Assembly: GCA_977017575.1 (NCBI GenBank)
Contig: CDRNVI010000178.1
Coordinates: 1-64,000 of the forward strand
DNA: 64,000 bases
Direction of reading: 5' to 3'
Source of the DNA: Paramoeba atlantica
Taxonomy: Eukaryota > Protista > Discosea
Part shown: one piece after another, positions 9,715-22,437 of the stretch
Position numbering within the stretch: position 1 is the stretch's first letter
How the letters are laid out: each line of letters opens with the position of its first letter
Translations under genes and position numbers: made by a program
Notes under the pieces: model-generated
Told to the model about the DNA's origin: nothing
What the model saw: the letters and a program-made list of their open reading frames with translations, nothing else
Databases searched by the model: none

Positions 9715-11361
9715 ATGTTTTTCTCTTCTTCCAAAATGGTTCTGGCACTTTTTGTTGCCTCTATTTTGTTGGTTGATCCATCTTTTGCTCAGTGGTCAAT
9801 TTCTCTTCTCTCGTCGAGAACAACCAACATTCAGGATTCAGTTGGCGATCTCTCGTACAACTTGGACTTGGACGCCCCTTTTACTGTCAATTCTGCTGAG
9901 AAGAAAGTTGATGCTTATTTCCTTCAAGATGGAGGTGAGGTATTTTTCTTCAACGCTTATGATGTGAGTTCTTGGGGGACTCCTCTTTCTTGTGATACAA
10001 TCTCATTTTCTGGTGGTGATCATCTTCTCGCCGTTTCTGTTACACCCGATGATGTGACTGAACCAGGGACTGTGGTTTTCTTCAATGTGTTTTCTGGAAA
10101 AGTTCGATCGACTGCTACGGTTGGTGCTTACCCAATCAAGGTCCGTTTCACTCCTGATCAAGATTATCTTATTGTTGCGAATGCGGGAAAACCAGGAACA
10201 ACAGTAGATCCTTACGGGGGTGCGACAGTCATTAAAATCTCAGAAAAGACCATTGATGACTTACCATCAGCTGATGTTGTCACAACAACTTTTGTGTCCT
10301 TCACTTCTCTTCCCACTGGCATGGTTCAGGCGAACCCTGGTGTCTCTGTTTCACGTGACTTGCAACCAGCTTCTCTTGCAATTCGATCGGATTCTGAAAT
10401 CGCTTATATTACCCTTCAACAAAATAATGGGATCGCTGTTTTAGATATTGATGATGTTGTCATCTCAAGGATCTTCACAAGTGGAATGACAGATCATGCG
10501 GAGGTACCTTTTGATGCTTCTGATATGGATAATGAAATCCGAATTCGAGAATGGCCTGGTGTTCTCAGTCTTCGTCAACCTGGTGGAATTGCAGCAATTA
10601 AATCCGATGGAAATACTTATCTTTTGACCACAAATCAAGGAAGTTCCGAGAATTTCGAAACATACAACGAGGTTGAGAGGGTTTCAGCACTTCCATTGGA
10701 TCCTACAGTTTTTGAAACCTCTGATAGTGACGATGAAAATCTCGGACGTTTGAAAGTCCTCGCCACCTTGGGAAAGAATAGAGATGGTTTGTATTCGGAA
10801 TTGTATGCTTTCGGATCTCGTTCATTTTCCGTTTTTAAACCCAACGGAACTCTTGTTGGAGATACTCGTGCTGAGTTAGAGTTTGTGACTGCCATTCAAC
10901 AAGGCCTGAACTTTAACAGTGATATGTACGCAAACGACTTCGATACCCAATCACCTGAAAAGGGACCAGAGCCAGTCAATGTCGTGGCTGGTAAAGTTGA
11001 TGGTATCACTCACGCTTTTGTGATCAATCAACGTATTGGGGGTGTGACTATGTGGAATCTCTGTCAAGTAGATGAACCTCTCTTCGAAGCTTACTTCAAC
11101 AACCGTGATTTTTCTGTTAATTTGTCCACTTCCACTGGCTTTTTTGAAGCTGGTGATATTGGCCCTGCTGGAGTTATTTTCGTCGATGATAACAATCCAA
11201 CTGGAAAGTATCTTCTTGTTGTTACTGGAAAGCTTTCTGGAACTGTTTCTGTCTATGAGATTTCTGGCAACAATGCCTTCCCTTGTGATAATCCTGCGTC
11301 TCTCCTCTCTTTATCCCCTCTCGTCCTTCTCTTGGCTCTCTTCTTCTCCTTCTTTCGATAA
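9715..11361 (+). CDS. Secreted, predicted GPI-anchored choice-of-anchor I / MSP130-like beta-propeller (alkaline-phosphatase-associated family), intronless
   Basis: Signal peptide (MVLALFVASILLVDPSFAQ); family motifs FTPD, TLQQNNGIA, LYAFGSRSFS, KGPEP, RIGGV, SGT; hydrophobic C-terminus with no cytosolic tail. Confidence 0.8.
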   Translation: MFFSSSKMVLALFVASILLVDPSFAQWSISLLSSRTTNIQDSVGDLSYNLDLDAPFTVNSAEKKVDAYFLQDGGEVFFFNAYDVSSWGTPLSCDTISFSGGDHLLAVSVTPDDVTEPGTVVFFNVFSGKVRSTATVGAYPIKVRFTPDQDYLIVANAGKPGTTVDPYGGATVIKISEKTIDDLPSADVVTTTFVSFTSLPTGMVQANPGVSVSRDLQPASLAIRSDSEIAYITLQQNNGIAVLDIDDVVISRIFTSGMTDHAEVPFDASDMDNEIRIREWPGVLSLRQPGGIAAIKSDGNTYLLTTNQGSSENFETYNEVERVSALPLDPTVFETSDSDDENLGRLKVLATLGKNRDGLYSELYAFGSRSFSVFKPNGTLVGDTRAELEFVTAIQQGLNFNSDMYANDFDTQSPEKGPEPVNVVAGKVDGITHAFVINQRIGGVTMWNLCQVDEPLFEAYFNNRDFSVNLSTSTGFFEAGDIGPAGVIFVDDNNPTGKYLLVVTGKLSGTVSVYEISGNNAFPCDNPASLLSLSPLVLLLALFFSFFR

Positions 11362-11622
11362 ATTTATCACAAAAAATTAAATAAAAATTTTAAAAATTGA
11401 ATGATCATTGAAGGTGAGACAGACACAAAGTCTTTTTTTCGAAAGGAATTTTTCTAAGAAAAAAAAAGACCCCCGAAATTTTTGACCCAAAACAACGGTT
11501 TTTTCTCCAGTGGACAATCTCTTTTTTGTGTTTCCGTTTTGTGAACAGCTGAGAAAAGGGGAGAGAGAAGAGAGAAACAAAGAAAAGGGACATGCAATCT
11601 GGAAGGTCGGAATGAAAGAAAA

Positions 11623-14600
11623 ATGATTCGAAGTTTTTCTCTCTTTCGTACTTTACAGTGGCGTGTTGTTGGTTTCTCCGCCACACCCTCTCGACCTCTT
11701 TACCATTCTGATGTTAGTGGAAAGCAGAAGCAGTTTCTTCTGGCCTTCTCTTCTTCTTCTTCCCAAATATTGAACAAACCTTCTTCTTTCCAACCAAGAT
11801 CTCCTTTCTTTCCAACCTCAACTCTCTCGAATTTCCCTCTTCTTTCTCGGAACATTGGATCTGGAGGGAGGGGGGATGGTGACGGTGGCGATTGGGTGAG
11901 TGGGAACGGGAATGGAAAGGTTTTTGTTTCGAACTATTATCAAGAGATTGGAAAAGATGACATGGAAAATTATTTCAAAAAAGAGAAAATTGCTTGGAAG
12001 CATGGGACAAGTGACTCTCTCTTTGTCTTAAAAGAATGTCCTGATTGTCCTGATCACAAGAACCATCTCTCCAATCTTTGGAAGTTGAACTTTTATTCGA
12101 GTGGTCGATACTTTTGTCATCGATGTCGAGCGAAAGGGTCATGGTTTGACTTCAAAAAAAAAAGAAAAGGCCTTTGGCAAGAGATTTCTTCTTCTCCTCT
12201 CTCCCAGGGATACCCCAGACCATATCAACAAGGAAGGAGGTGGGGAAACGTCGTTGGACAGAAGAAGCAAGAAGAAGAAGAAATACAATCACAGCCAAAA
12301 GAAGATCTTAATATTAAATCAAAACTCGAAACAGCAGCCTCATATTCTTCTAATCTTCAAAATAAGAAGTATTCACGAGTTCTTGACTATCTTCGTCATG
12401 TTCGCGGTTTGACCTTGGAAACTCTTGAGAAGTATCAGGTTTTTTTTCTCTTTTTCTTCTTCCTTTTTCTTTTCTTTTCTTTTCTTTCTTGCTTGGAGTA
12501 ATTTAAAAAAAAAGGTTGGAGCATGCGAACAAGACTTTACGACTGACATCCAGAAGCAACCCAAAACACATATGTGTGTTTCTTTTCCTTGGTTTGTCCC
12601 GAAACCAAAACGAGACTTCGATTTTCTCGGTCCTTCTCCCTCTCCCTCTCCCTCTCCCTCTCCTTCTCCTCCTTCTCCAGCATGGAAAAGAGAAGCCAAA
12701 ACTCCTCGTGCAAAACCTACGCAAGAGTATTCTCTTTGTCGTGTGAAAATACGATCGATTGATGAAAAGGGATGTATGCGATTGTATCCAACCGGTGCTT
12801 CTTGGGGTCTTTTTGGACTTCACCTCGTCCCTCCAGGTTCTCTTTTTCTTTAACTTTATAACTTTACTTTTACAAAGAAAACAGAAGAAAAAATCCAATA
12901 ACTTATAAAACCCACGACTTCACAAACTCACCAAATAAAATAAATAGGAACACAATCAATTGTGATCACAGAAGGAGAATATGATGCAATGGCTGTCCAT
13001 CAAGCCACAGGGATCCATGCTATTTCCGTTCCAAATGGTGCTTCTTCTCTCCCCATCTCGATTCTCCCTCTTCTTGAGGATTTTAAAGAAATTATTTTGT
13101 GGATGGATGATGATATTGCGGGGTATGAAGCAGCTCAAAAGTTTGCCAAAAAACTTGGGAAATATCGCTGTCGTGTCGTTTCCCCCCCTACCAATTTAGG
13201 TTTTCCTTTTATCCTCTCTTCTTCTCTTCATTCGTTCACTCATAATAGTCCAAAATTAGAGAAAATCCCAAAAGACGCAAATGATGCCTTTAGGATGGGA
13301 TTAAATCTGAGGGAATTGATTGATGGAGCTCGACGTTTTACTCACTCCAAAATTGCCAATTTTTCAGAGTATAAAAATGTCATTTTTCGTGAGTTAGTGG
13401 ATCCTCGACAAGTTGCTGGTTTCTTTTTTTTTATTCTTTTTATTCTTTTTTATCTTTGGTTATGACTCACTTTTACTTTTGCTCATTTAAATTTTCTATT
13501 CTTTTTCAGGATATCAAATCAAAGCACTCCCAAGTTTATCAAACTTGCTGAAGGGATTTAGAAATGGTGAGCTCACAATCTTTACTGGGCCTACCGGTGT
13601 TGGTAAAAGTATGGGGATCTCTTTTTTTTTTGTTCTTTCTTCAGAATTCTGAGATTTTATTTTTGGTTTTTTTTCTCAACAATTTCTTTTGTTAGCTACT
13701 CTTTTAAGCCAACTTTCTCTGGGATATTGCCGGGAGGGGGTAGGAACGTTATGGGGGAGTTTCGAGATTCAAAACCATCGCCTTTTGAAAAAGATGCTCA
13801 TTCAATATACAGAGGGAAACTTCGATTATCTTTTAGATAAATTTGAGATGGTCACGGGTCAGTTTGAGGAGCTTCCTCTTCATCTTTTGAAGTTTTATGG
13901 GAGTACCAATTTAGATGAGCTTTTGGATGCGATGGAGTATGCTGTCTATGTTCATGATGTGTCTCATATTGTGTTGGATAATCTTCAATTTATGGTTGGA
14001 AATCAAGCGGCTGGTGTCCAGCGTTTTGATCTCCAGGATCAAGGTTTGTCTGCTTTCTCTATTTTATTTAATTTTATTTGACTCAATTTTAATCTACTTT
14101 CCTTATTTTTCAGTTGTCTCAACACTTCGAAATTTTGCAACAACAAAAAATGTCCACATTTCATTAGTCATCCACCCAAGGAAAGAGGATGAGAGAAGCC
14201 GGCTCTCAATGGTTTCTGTTTTTGGAGGAGGAAAGGCGATCCAGGAAGCAGACAACATCATTGTTCTTCAAAATGATTCAAAAGATGAGAGTAATATTCG
14301 ACATGTTGAAGTTCTCAAAAATAGGTTTTTTTTCATCTTTCATTTGTGATGGTATTTTGAAATTATTTTAATTTTTAAATTTCAGATTTGATGGTGAACT
14401 TGGAAGAGTTCCGGTGACCTTCGAGAAGAAAAGCCAGCGATTTCTTGAAGTGAATCCCCCTGAAATCTCTTCTGAACCCTCGCCCATAACTTCGTCTTCT
14501 CCCTCTTTTCCTGTTCAATTTTCTCCTTCAGTTGAATCAAGTAATGCCCAAAAACCCAAAGAATCACCAACAAAACCAGAAGAACCAAAAGTATCAAATA

Positions 14601-14722
14601 CAAAAGAAAGTCAGAAACCAAAAGAAACAAACAAACCAAAAGAAAGAAACGAACCAGAAGAGACAATAAGTGAATTCTCAGAAGACTACAGTGATTTTCA
14701 ACCTCCAACGAAAGGAGATTGA
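11623..14722 (+). CDS. TWNK: Twinkle-type mitochondrial primase-helicase (multi-exon)
   Basis: Presequence-like N-terminus; Zn finger CPDC...CHRC; TOPRIM ITEGEYDAMA, WMDDD, KDAND; Walker A GPTGVGK; VLDNLQFM, VIHPRK, QEADN, KNR|FDGELG. Confidence 0.92.
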
Positions 14723-14973
14723 GGAAAAATCGATAAGAAAAAAAAAATTACAATCAAAAAAATAGAGATCTAAAATTAGCACAATTTGAACCTCCTTTTT
14801 TTTTTGTCTTTTCGTTTTGGGATTCTCGAACCAACCGCGCGATGTTTTCCTTTTTGTCTTCTTCTTCTTCTCTTTCTTCTTCTTTTTCTTCTTTTTCTTC
14901 TCAAAGAAAGATTCTCTCTTTTTGTTTTACTCGCTTCTCTTTTTGTTTTTTATCGACAAATTCTTCGGAAACA

Positions 14974-15545
14974 ATGAAGGGAATGAGATGGGATCTGGCT
15001 TGTTTTAATGTTGGGAGACTGAATTCTCATTATGATTCAGAACAGATTTCTGAATTTCGTTCGGTCAGTTCCTTTTTTTCTTTTCTTTTCTTTCTTTTTC
15101 CTTTACCTGTTGAAGAAACTTAGTTTCTCAAATAAAATCTCAGGCACTTGGGAGAATGAATGGGATTGCGGAAAATTCTTCTGGTTTCGTTTGGATGTAT
15201 GATTCCAATTTTTCTGCTTCAAGTACAAAGAGAGGGATCCCTGAACTTGATAATGATCCTTTTTTAATGCCCCAATTGTCTTTGTGGAAAGATTACGCAA
15301 GTTTGAGAAAGTTTGTTCTCAAGTCGGATCATTCCGAATTTATCAGAAGAAGAAGAGAATGGTTTGAGAAGATTGAGGGTCCTTATGTTGTTTGTTGGTA
15401 CAGAGATTCGAGTTTGGCTCCTCCCAATTTGCAAGAAGCTTTCGAAATGTTGCATCATCTGAAAGAAAACGGGAAAAGAAATGGGAAGACTTTCGATTTT
15501 AAAGATGTGAAACATATTCCTTCTCCTCCAACTCACAGTGAATAA
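14974..15545 (+). CDS. DUF3291-family protein (dimeric alpha+beta barrel); intron 15064-15143
   Basis: LACFNVGRL, SSGFVW, QLSLW, H.EFIRRRREWF, VCWY, EAFEML..L..NG...F.F match the DUF3291 pattern; splicing restores the frame. Confidence 0.8.
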
Positions 15546-15563
15546 TAATAATAATTAATTTTA

Positions 15564-18500
15564 TTATTTATCTGAGAATGCCTTTAATGCCGCCATCCAA
15601 TCTTTCATTCCTTTTCCTGTATCAGCTACATAATACCAAGTTCGTCTGAATGAAAAAATAGAGAAGTTTTTGTTAAGAGAGAGAGAGAGAAGAAAGAGAA
15701 AGAAAACTTGAAAAATACAAACGTTGGAGTTTCGACACTGAAAGAGTTTTGACGATCAGCTTTGTCGGTTGGTGTTGCTGCTACCTATTTTGATTTAATT
15801 AAATAAAATAAAAATAAACATAAAAATAAAAATAAATTCTTTTTTCAAAAAATGGAAAAACAAAAGGGACCTTGCAGTTTATCACAGAATATTGTCCAAG
15901 TAATTTGCCTCCCTGAATGAAAGAATGAGAAAAAAGAAAAGCAATTCAGATTGAACAAAATAAAAATACTTCAGATTCAAAGTAAGAAAGTCTTCCTAGT
16001 CCTGTCAATTCAAACCATCTTCGCTTCCAACTGTTCAGAACACAATAAATAACCGAAAAAGAAAAGAAAAGAAAGCATCAACAAAAATAGAATAAAACTA
16101 AAATAAATAAATCAAATCAAATCAAATCAAATCAAATCAAACAAAAAACAAAACAAATCAAACAAAAACAAATCAAACAAAAACAAAAAAAAAACAAAAA
16201 AAAAAACAAAAAAAAACAAAAAACCTTTGAATACGCCCACCCCTCTTCAACAAATAACCCCTCAACAAAATAGAATTAGAACTCTCTTCAGACAAATTAG
16301 ATGGCATTGTAATCTGCACTTTCCCGCTCGCTTGACCAACTCTGAGCCCCTCTTTTGATACAATATCAAATGAAAAAGGAAGAACAGGAAAGATTCCTAA
16401 CGAGCTTTTTTTGACACTTTCGTTTGATAATCCAAATGAACCCTGATTAAAAAAAGAGATTGTATCATCAGAGACCATGTTATTATATTAGAGATACAAT
16501 AATAATAAATAAGAATAAATTTGATGAAAAAAGAGATGAGAATAGTGTTTTAATGGTCTGAAAATCAAAAAGGAAAGAAAGGATTCTTTTTTTGAACCTG
16601 ACCACCAAATGATGAATCGTTTGTTTTGCCAGCTTTGCCTGTTTTTTTAGGAGTTAAAATGACACAAATAAATTGTTCTTTTAAATTTTCCTCGTCTGTG
16701 ATCACAGGCTTCAGAGACACCAAGACTTGGTTTCTAGAAATAAAGAAGATCATCAAAAAAAGTTAATTGAGAAGAATAAAAAACAAAAAGTAAATAATAA
16801 GAAAGAAAAAGAAAAAGAAACGGGAATGAAATGATGCCACTCGCCGCTGGGAGAGACGCAATTGTTGGAGGAGTCTCCAAAAAAGGAGACCAAAAAGAAA
16901 CATTGATTTTTTGATTATATTTATCATCTGAAAGGAGAACTAAAAAGAAAAAAAAGATGAAACACATTCAAAATAATGGTTGAAAAAGAAGAGAAATTTA
17001 AAAAATTGATCAAAAAAAAAACCTGTGAAATTGGTAATCGAGATTTGTAAAGGGGTTGATTTGAGAGGATCTTGAAGATATGGTAACTTTATTAAAAGAT
17101 CAAAAAGATTAGTCCCCCAGAAAAATAATTGAAAAAGATATTTTAATTTAATTTGTTTTTGACCAAAATGAAAAATAAATATTGTATATTATGAATTGGG
17201 AAAGAAAGAACCTGTGGTTGGATTAAAAGCGAAGCAAACACAGGGGAATGATCAGAAGTTTTAATTTCATCACAACATCTACAAAAATAAAATGAATTCA
17301 CATAAAAAAGAGAAGGAATGAAAAGAGAGAGAGAGAAATCTTTACCCATACGACTTGAGTTCAATTTTGGCATTTGGGAGACTCCGCCACATTACACGAT
17401 CACACCAACTAGTAATTACCATTGTTATCCCAATAATGAAATTAAGAATTTTAAAAAAGAAGATGAAAAGAAACCTTGGAATTCTCATTTTTTCCGTTGA
17501 ATAGACTCTTGAACCACGCTCATACCGATATGTCGGCCTTCAAAATAAAAAGATTTATAGAAGAAGAGAGAGAAGAAAGAAAAAAGAAGAAGAAAGAAGA
17601 GAAAAGAACCGAAAATTGACAAGGCCTTCTTTAAATCCAACAAAACAGCGTTCTGCTTTTCTCTCTTCTAATAACTAGAGAACAATCGCTCAGTCAGTTT
17701 TCCACTCTCACCCACTTTGTTTTTCTCTCTCTCTCTTCTCTCTCTCTTCTCTCCCTTTTGATTTAGATTGACAAAAGACCTGGTCGTATTCTCGAAGAGT
17801 TTCGAAATCATTTTCGACAATTCTCTCAATTGTTTCGGTCCTGAATTATGCAAATTAATTCAAAAAGAAACAAAAAATAGAGATAAAAAGGAAAAGACCA
17901 ACCGAGACAAGTTAATACGATAATTAAGATCTCCAAACCAAAGAACATGATGAAAGTATGAGAATAAATCTAATCCAGATGGTGCAAGTTTCAACCCTTT
18001 CACTATTTTACGTTGTCAAAAATTATTTACTTAACGAGAATGATACAATTACACAGAGAAGAAAATTTAACAAAAGAGGATTTAAATTTAATAGGAATAA
18101 GAAGACAAACCAATTTCACAATAATTTTCATTTCGTACAGCAAATCTTTCAGCATGAGCTATCAAATTTCAAAGGGTTAATAAATAAATAAAATTAATTT
18201 CTTTGTTTCAAAAAATATAAAAGAAAAAAAAACCTGCTAAGTGAGCACCAACAATCAAAATACGTGTTTCGCAAACATGAAATGAAATTCCAACACCTCC
18301 CTTTTTAAGAAAGAATGAGAAAAAGAAACTCCTTTTTTTTGTTTCTCTTTTTTTGGTCTTCTTTCTTTTTCTTGTTTCTGAAATATTACCTTATTTCCTA
18401 AAACACCAGCAATTCCTGTGGCAACTGTGGACCTTTGGACATTCGAGATATGAAAATACAATTTCTTTTTTACTAAAATGATCATTCTTATGTACAACTG

Positions 18501-21500
18501 CCAAAGCAAAAAAAAAATCAAATTAAGTTATGTAAGAAAATCAAAAAAAAAAATAGAAAAGTAAAAAGAAGAAGAAGAGGAAAAAAACCAGGGTGCAAGA
18601 AGTCAATTGAACATAATCATCCCCAAGAGTCGTCCTCAATTGGTCAAACCACTCAGTCTAAAACATTTCAGATCAAATAATATCCCACATTTTTTTTTTT
18701 TTTGTTAAAAAGAAAGAAAAAGAACCTCGCAAGAAGGATAGGTACTATCTTTTGGGGCATATTCTGCTTCTTGACCACAAATGGCATAAATATCATGACC
18801 CTATCAAGAACAAAAAAAAAAGATCAATTTTCATTGTTAAAGAGAAAAAGAAATCAAAGTTATTCTGATTCTTCTCTCCCATTAAATGTTCTCAAAAACA
18901 AAAAGAACAAAACTGGAGGAAGAAGACAATTGATATCATCAGGAGGGGCAGCATTTCCCATATTCCAAGTGACCATGAAAAGAGATACATCTTTTGGTGG
19001 TGTTATTGTTAATGACCTTGCTTTATGTGCCGCTGCATAGAAGTACTATAAAAAAGAAACAAAAGGGAAAGAAAAGAGAGAGAAAGAAAAGAGATTAGAT
19101 ATTTTTTTTAAAAAAAAGAAAATTCAAACGAAACCCCAAACCTCACGGTCAATCTTTTTATGGAAGATGAAAGATTCAGGGTCATCTCTCGAAGACCATT
19201 GGATCGAAAGTGGCTTGTCACGAAGTAAATTTCGCCGAATTTGAATTATTTCCGCTGCTCTCCTATTTCCCATTTCATGAAAACACAGATATTTTTAAAA
19301 AATTTTTGATTAAGAATTATTTTTGAAACAAGAATAATTTTGGAGCTGTTTGATGAAAAGAGGAGAGAAAGAAAACCTAACAAGACGAGTTTGATGTTTA
19401 ATGTGATAAAATGTCAACCTTCCATTCGCAACATCAACTTCAACTCTGCCATTAAATTGTTCAGTAAAAAAAGAAAAGACAAAAAAACACACAACAACAC
19501 AAAAAACCTCTTATTTGTTTTGTGATCTTTGTTTACTTTAAGGAGCTCAACAGCGTGGACTTCTGGTTTAAATTCTTTTTTTTCACCTGAGGCTTGAAGA
19601 ACATCCGCAAGATTTGCCACGTCCACTACAAAGAGGAAGGAAAAAGGAAAATAGGGTGGTTTAGAGAGAGGAGAGAGAGAAAAAGAGAGAGAAAAAAAGC
19701 AAAATTGAAAAAGAGCTTAACTGAGATTCAGAGAACTCGTTAAACAAACATTTTTTTGTTTTTTCTGAAAAAAAAATTCAAAAAAGAAATCAAAAAACGA
19801 AAAGTAAAAAGGAGTTCAAATTAAAAACAAGACCTCAAGAAGAGAGTTCGATTTTTCACACAAAGGAGGGACCAATTGAACTGCTTTTTGAACCTCTGAA
19901 ACCGCTTCTTCTCTGTGATTCATTTTCAGTTTAATTTTTTTTTTTTTCTCTCTTCTTCTTTTTGTTTCATTCTTGTTTTTCTTTCTCTGAGACAAAACTG
20001 TTGTTGGAGAATGGGATCCTTGGCTGATTCGAAAATTGCATCATATTTCTTCACATTTTCGCTCATTACCTCCACAGCACTTTTATATTGACGAAAGAGC
20101 TCGAACATTGAGGCTGCAGTCAACGCCCTAAAGAACAAAGATGAATGAGTTGTCACAAAACCTCCAAAAATAATAATAATCAATCGAAAGAGAAAAAAAA
20201 CTCTACAACTCAACAAACTAACTAACTTTCACAACAGAAAGAAAACAAAAAAGAAAATAACTTTGTTGCACGATCAACTGCATCCAAAACAGTGAGTACA
20301 TCATCTTCTGAGTCTTTTAAATGTGCATCAGCCTGCCCAAAAATGTTCTTAACATCAATCATTTTCTCTTTAATGAGAAAAACGCAAACCAATCGAAGAG
20401 ATTTATCTGTTTCCATGAGCCGTGAAGTAAGTTTCGAACTTTGGGGCGCTGCCGTAACCTTCTTTTCCAATTCCATCTTCCCAAAAAAAAAATATTCAAA
20501 AAAATAAAAAGAGAAGATTGTCATGAAAAAAAAGAACCTTTTTTTTCTCAAGTTGATTTCGACCTTCTAACATGGTTTCATGAGCTTCTGATGCTCGATT
20601 TGCTGCTGCGATGTGTTGGAGAACCTGTCATTTTTAAAGTTAAAACACCAAAGATCTTTGAAAGAGAAGAAGGAAGGAGCAATTTACTTCATCTTTAAAG
20701 CAACGATGAGTTTTCCTCAAAGCACCGACCATCTAAAAATTCAGATTGTAAGAAAAGAAAAAATGGAGAAAGGAAAGAATGAGAGAAGAGATACTTGTTG
20801 ATGGGACTTTGCCATATGCTCCAAAAATTCTCCCATTTCATCCAGTGCTCCAAGTGGCTCAGAAGGATTTAACTGTTTTCTGGGTTGACTGCGATTTCGT
20901 GGAAGATCTATTTTTTTGGAAAATTAATTTCTTGCGGTGTTCAAATAAATCAAAAATTGAATGGACCTTTCATTGACCCTTTGAATGAAAGATCTGGGAG
21001 CGAAAGGTTTGTGTCTGACCGTCTATCTAATGTCGATAAAACAGAGAGATTTTTTTGCCTTCGAGTTTTTCTGAATGATTTGGGAGTTTTACATCGACTT
21101 TTTTCTTTGGGAGAGCTCCCTCCTCCTCCTGAACCTGGAGCGATTAATAAATCCATCACACTTTCTCCTTTTTTCATTGGACCACCAAGATCCTTTTTTG
21201 ATTTGGCTTGGTTCACTTTAATCTCAGGGATTGCAGGACTTGAAAACGACAGGTTTGGAAGAAGGAGTGGTTTGGGTGACGCACGAGAAAATCCTTGCGG
21301 GGATGCACGAGTTAACTTTTGTGGGGAAAGTTTTCCAAAACCAGATGGTGACAGTGGAGAAGATGATGATGCTGACAAAGGAGAAGATTGTGTTGCTGAT
21401 AAAAGGATCGGAGCTGGAGATGTTGGTCTCCTTTGGTCTCCAAAAAAAGTCCCTCTTCGGTTTTCTTTTGGACTGAGATCAGATTCTCCTTCATCCGACA

Positions 21501-22437
21501 AATCATCACAATCAAATGCATCATCTTCATCAGATTCAGAATGATCCGAAACAACCTCGAAATCTGCTCGAGCTCTCTTCCTTTTAGGTCGAGATGATAT
21601 GTTTGGTCTGTGGAAGGGAGAGTGAGTCAAAAAAGATGAAAGCAAACGAAACACTTTTCGAGAAAACCTTGTATATGATGATTCAGTTTGTGAGACACTA
21701 AAAAGAAGAGAGATATTAATATGTTTGTTTCAAAGAAAGAGGAAAAGAAAAACCAAACTTTTTCATGAGTTTTCCGATCTTAAGATGATTGAGCCACAAG
21801 GATTCTGTATCAGAGGTAAAGGATTGCATTACTTCGTCAGCATCTCGAACAAAAACAGAAAATCGAGAAAGGCTTTCTAAAAGAACAAAATGAGACTTTT
21901 TTTTTCAAGATTTCCTTCCCAACTCACTCAAAGAAAATGGGTGAAATTTTGAGTTCAGAAAAAAGAAAAAAAACCTTCGAACAAATGGAGATCAGAAGAA
22001 TGGGAAGGTTCTGATAATTCAAAAGAATCAACACGAGATACTCGAGGAGATGGACGTTTATCAGCCACAGCCACAGCAACTGTACTGAGTCGAGGAGAAG
22101 GTGAAGCGGAAACTTTTCTTGGTTGTTTCTTTGGAGCAGCTTCTAACCTTCCTGGTGCCTTCAAAAGGTCAGCAAAGGGGAGATAGTGATCAAGAGGTTC
22201 GGGTGGATTTGGTTCGTTCATTAAATAGATTTGATACTCTCCTTCAAAACGGAGTTGTTTGGGAGTTTTTTTCGCGAGTTGTTCTTGCATCTGCTCAATA
22301 AATCCCGTTCCTGTTGCTTTTTTGGGAACAGACAAAGTAAATGCAGAGTTCAAAGTGGAGGATTTAAACTCACATTTGCAGAGAAAACCCTCTCCTATCT
22401 CCCGAGACAATGTAATTTCGACTCTGGGGTTTTCCAT
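15564..22437 (-). CDS. Multidomain inositol polyphosphate 5-phosphatase (SHIP/INPP5-like catalytic domain; PH-like region upstream, C2-like and PH domains downstream)
   Basis: Exons encode FMVTWNMGNAAPP, VATGIAGVLGNK|GGV, PTYRYERGSRVYSTEKMRIPS|WCDRV, TSDHSPVFA; C-terminal PH RGYLLKRGG...RTWYYVAD....DWMAALK; many introns; 5' exons joined by inference. Confidence 0.8.
16109..16138. repeat. (AAATC)6 microsatellite in an intron
   Basis: Direct reading. Confidence 0.8.

Noticed and set aside
4710-11361. Bacterial or symbiont contaminant contig segment
   Set aside because: An intron-containing ankyrin gene is interleaved, spacers have host-like composition, and the propeller has eukaryotic signal and GPI-like ends; long reads would settle it
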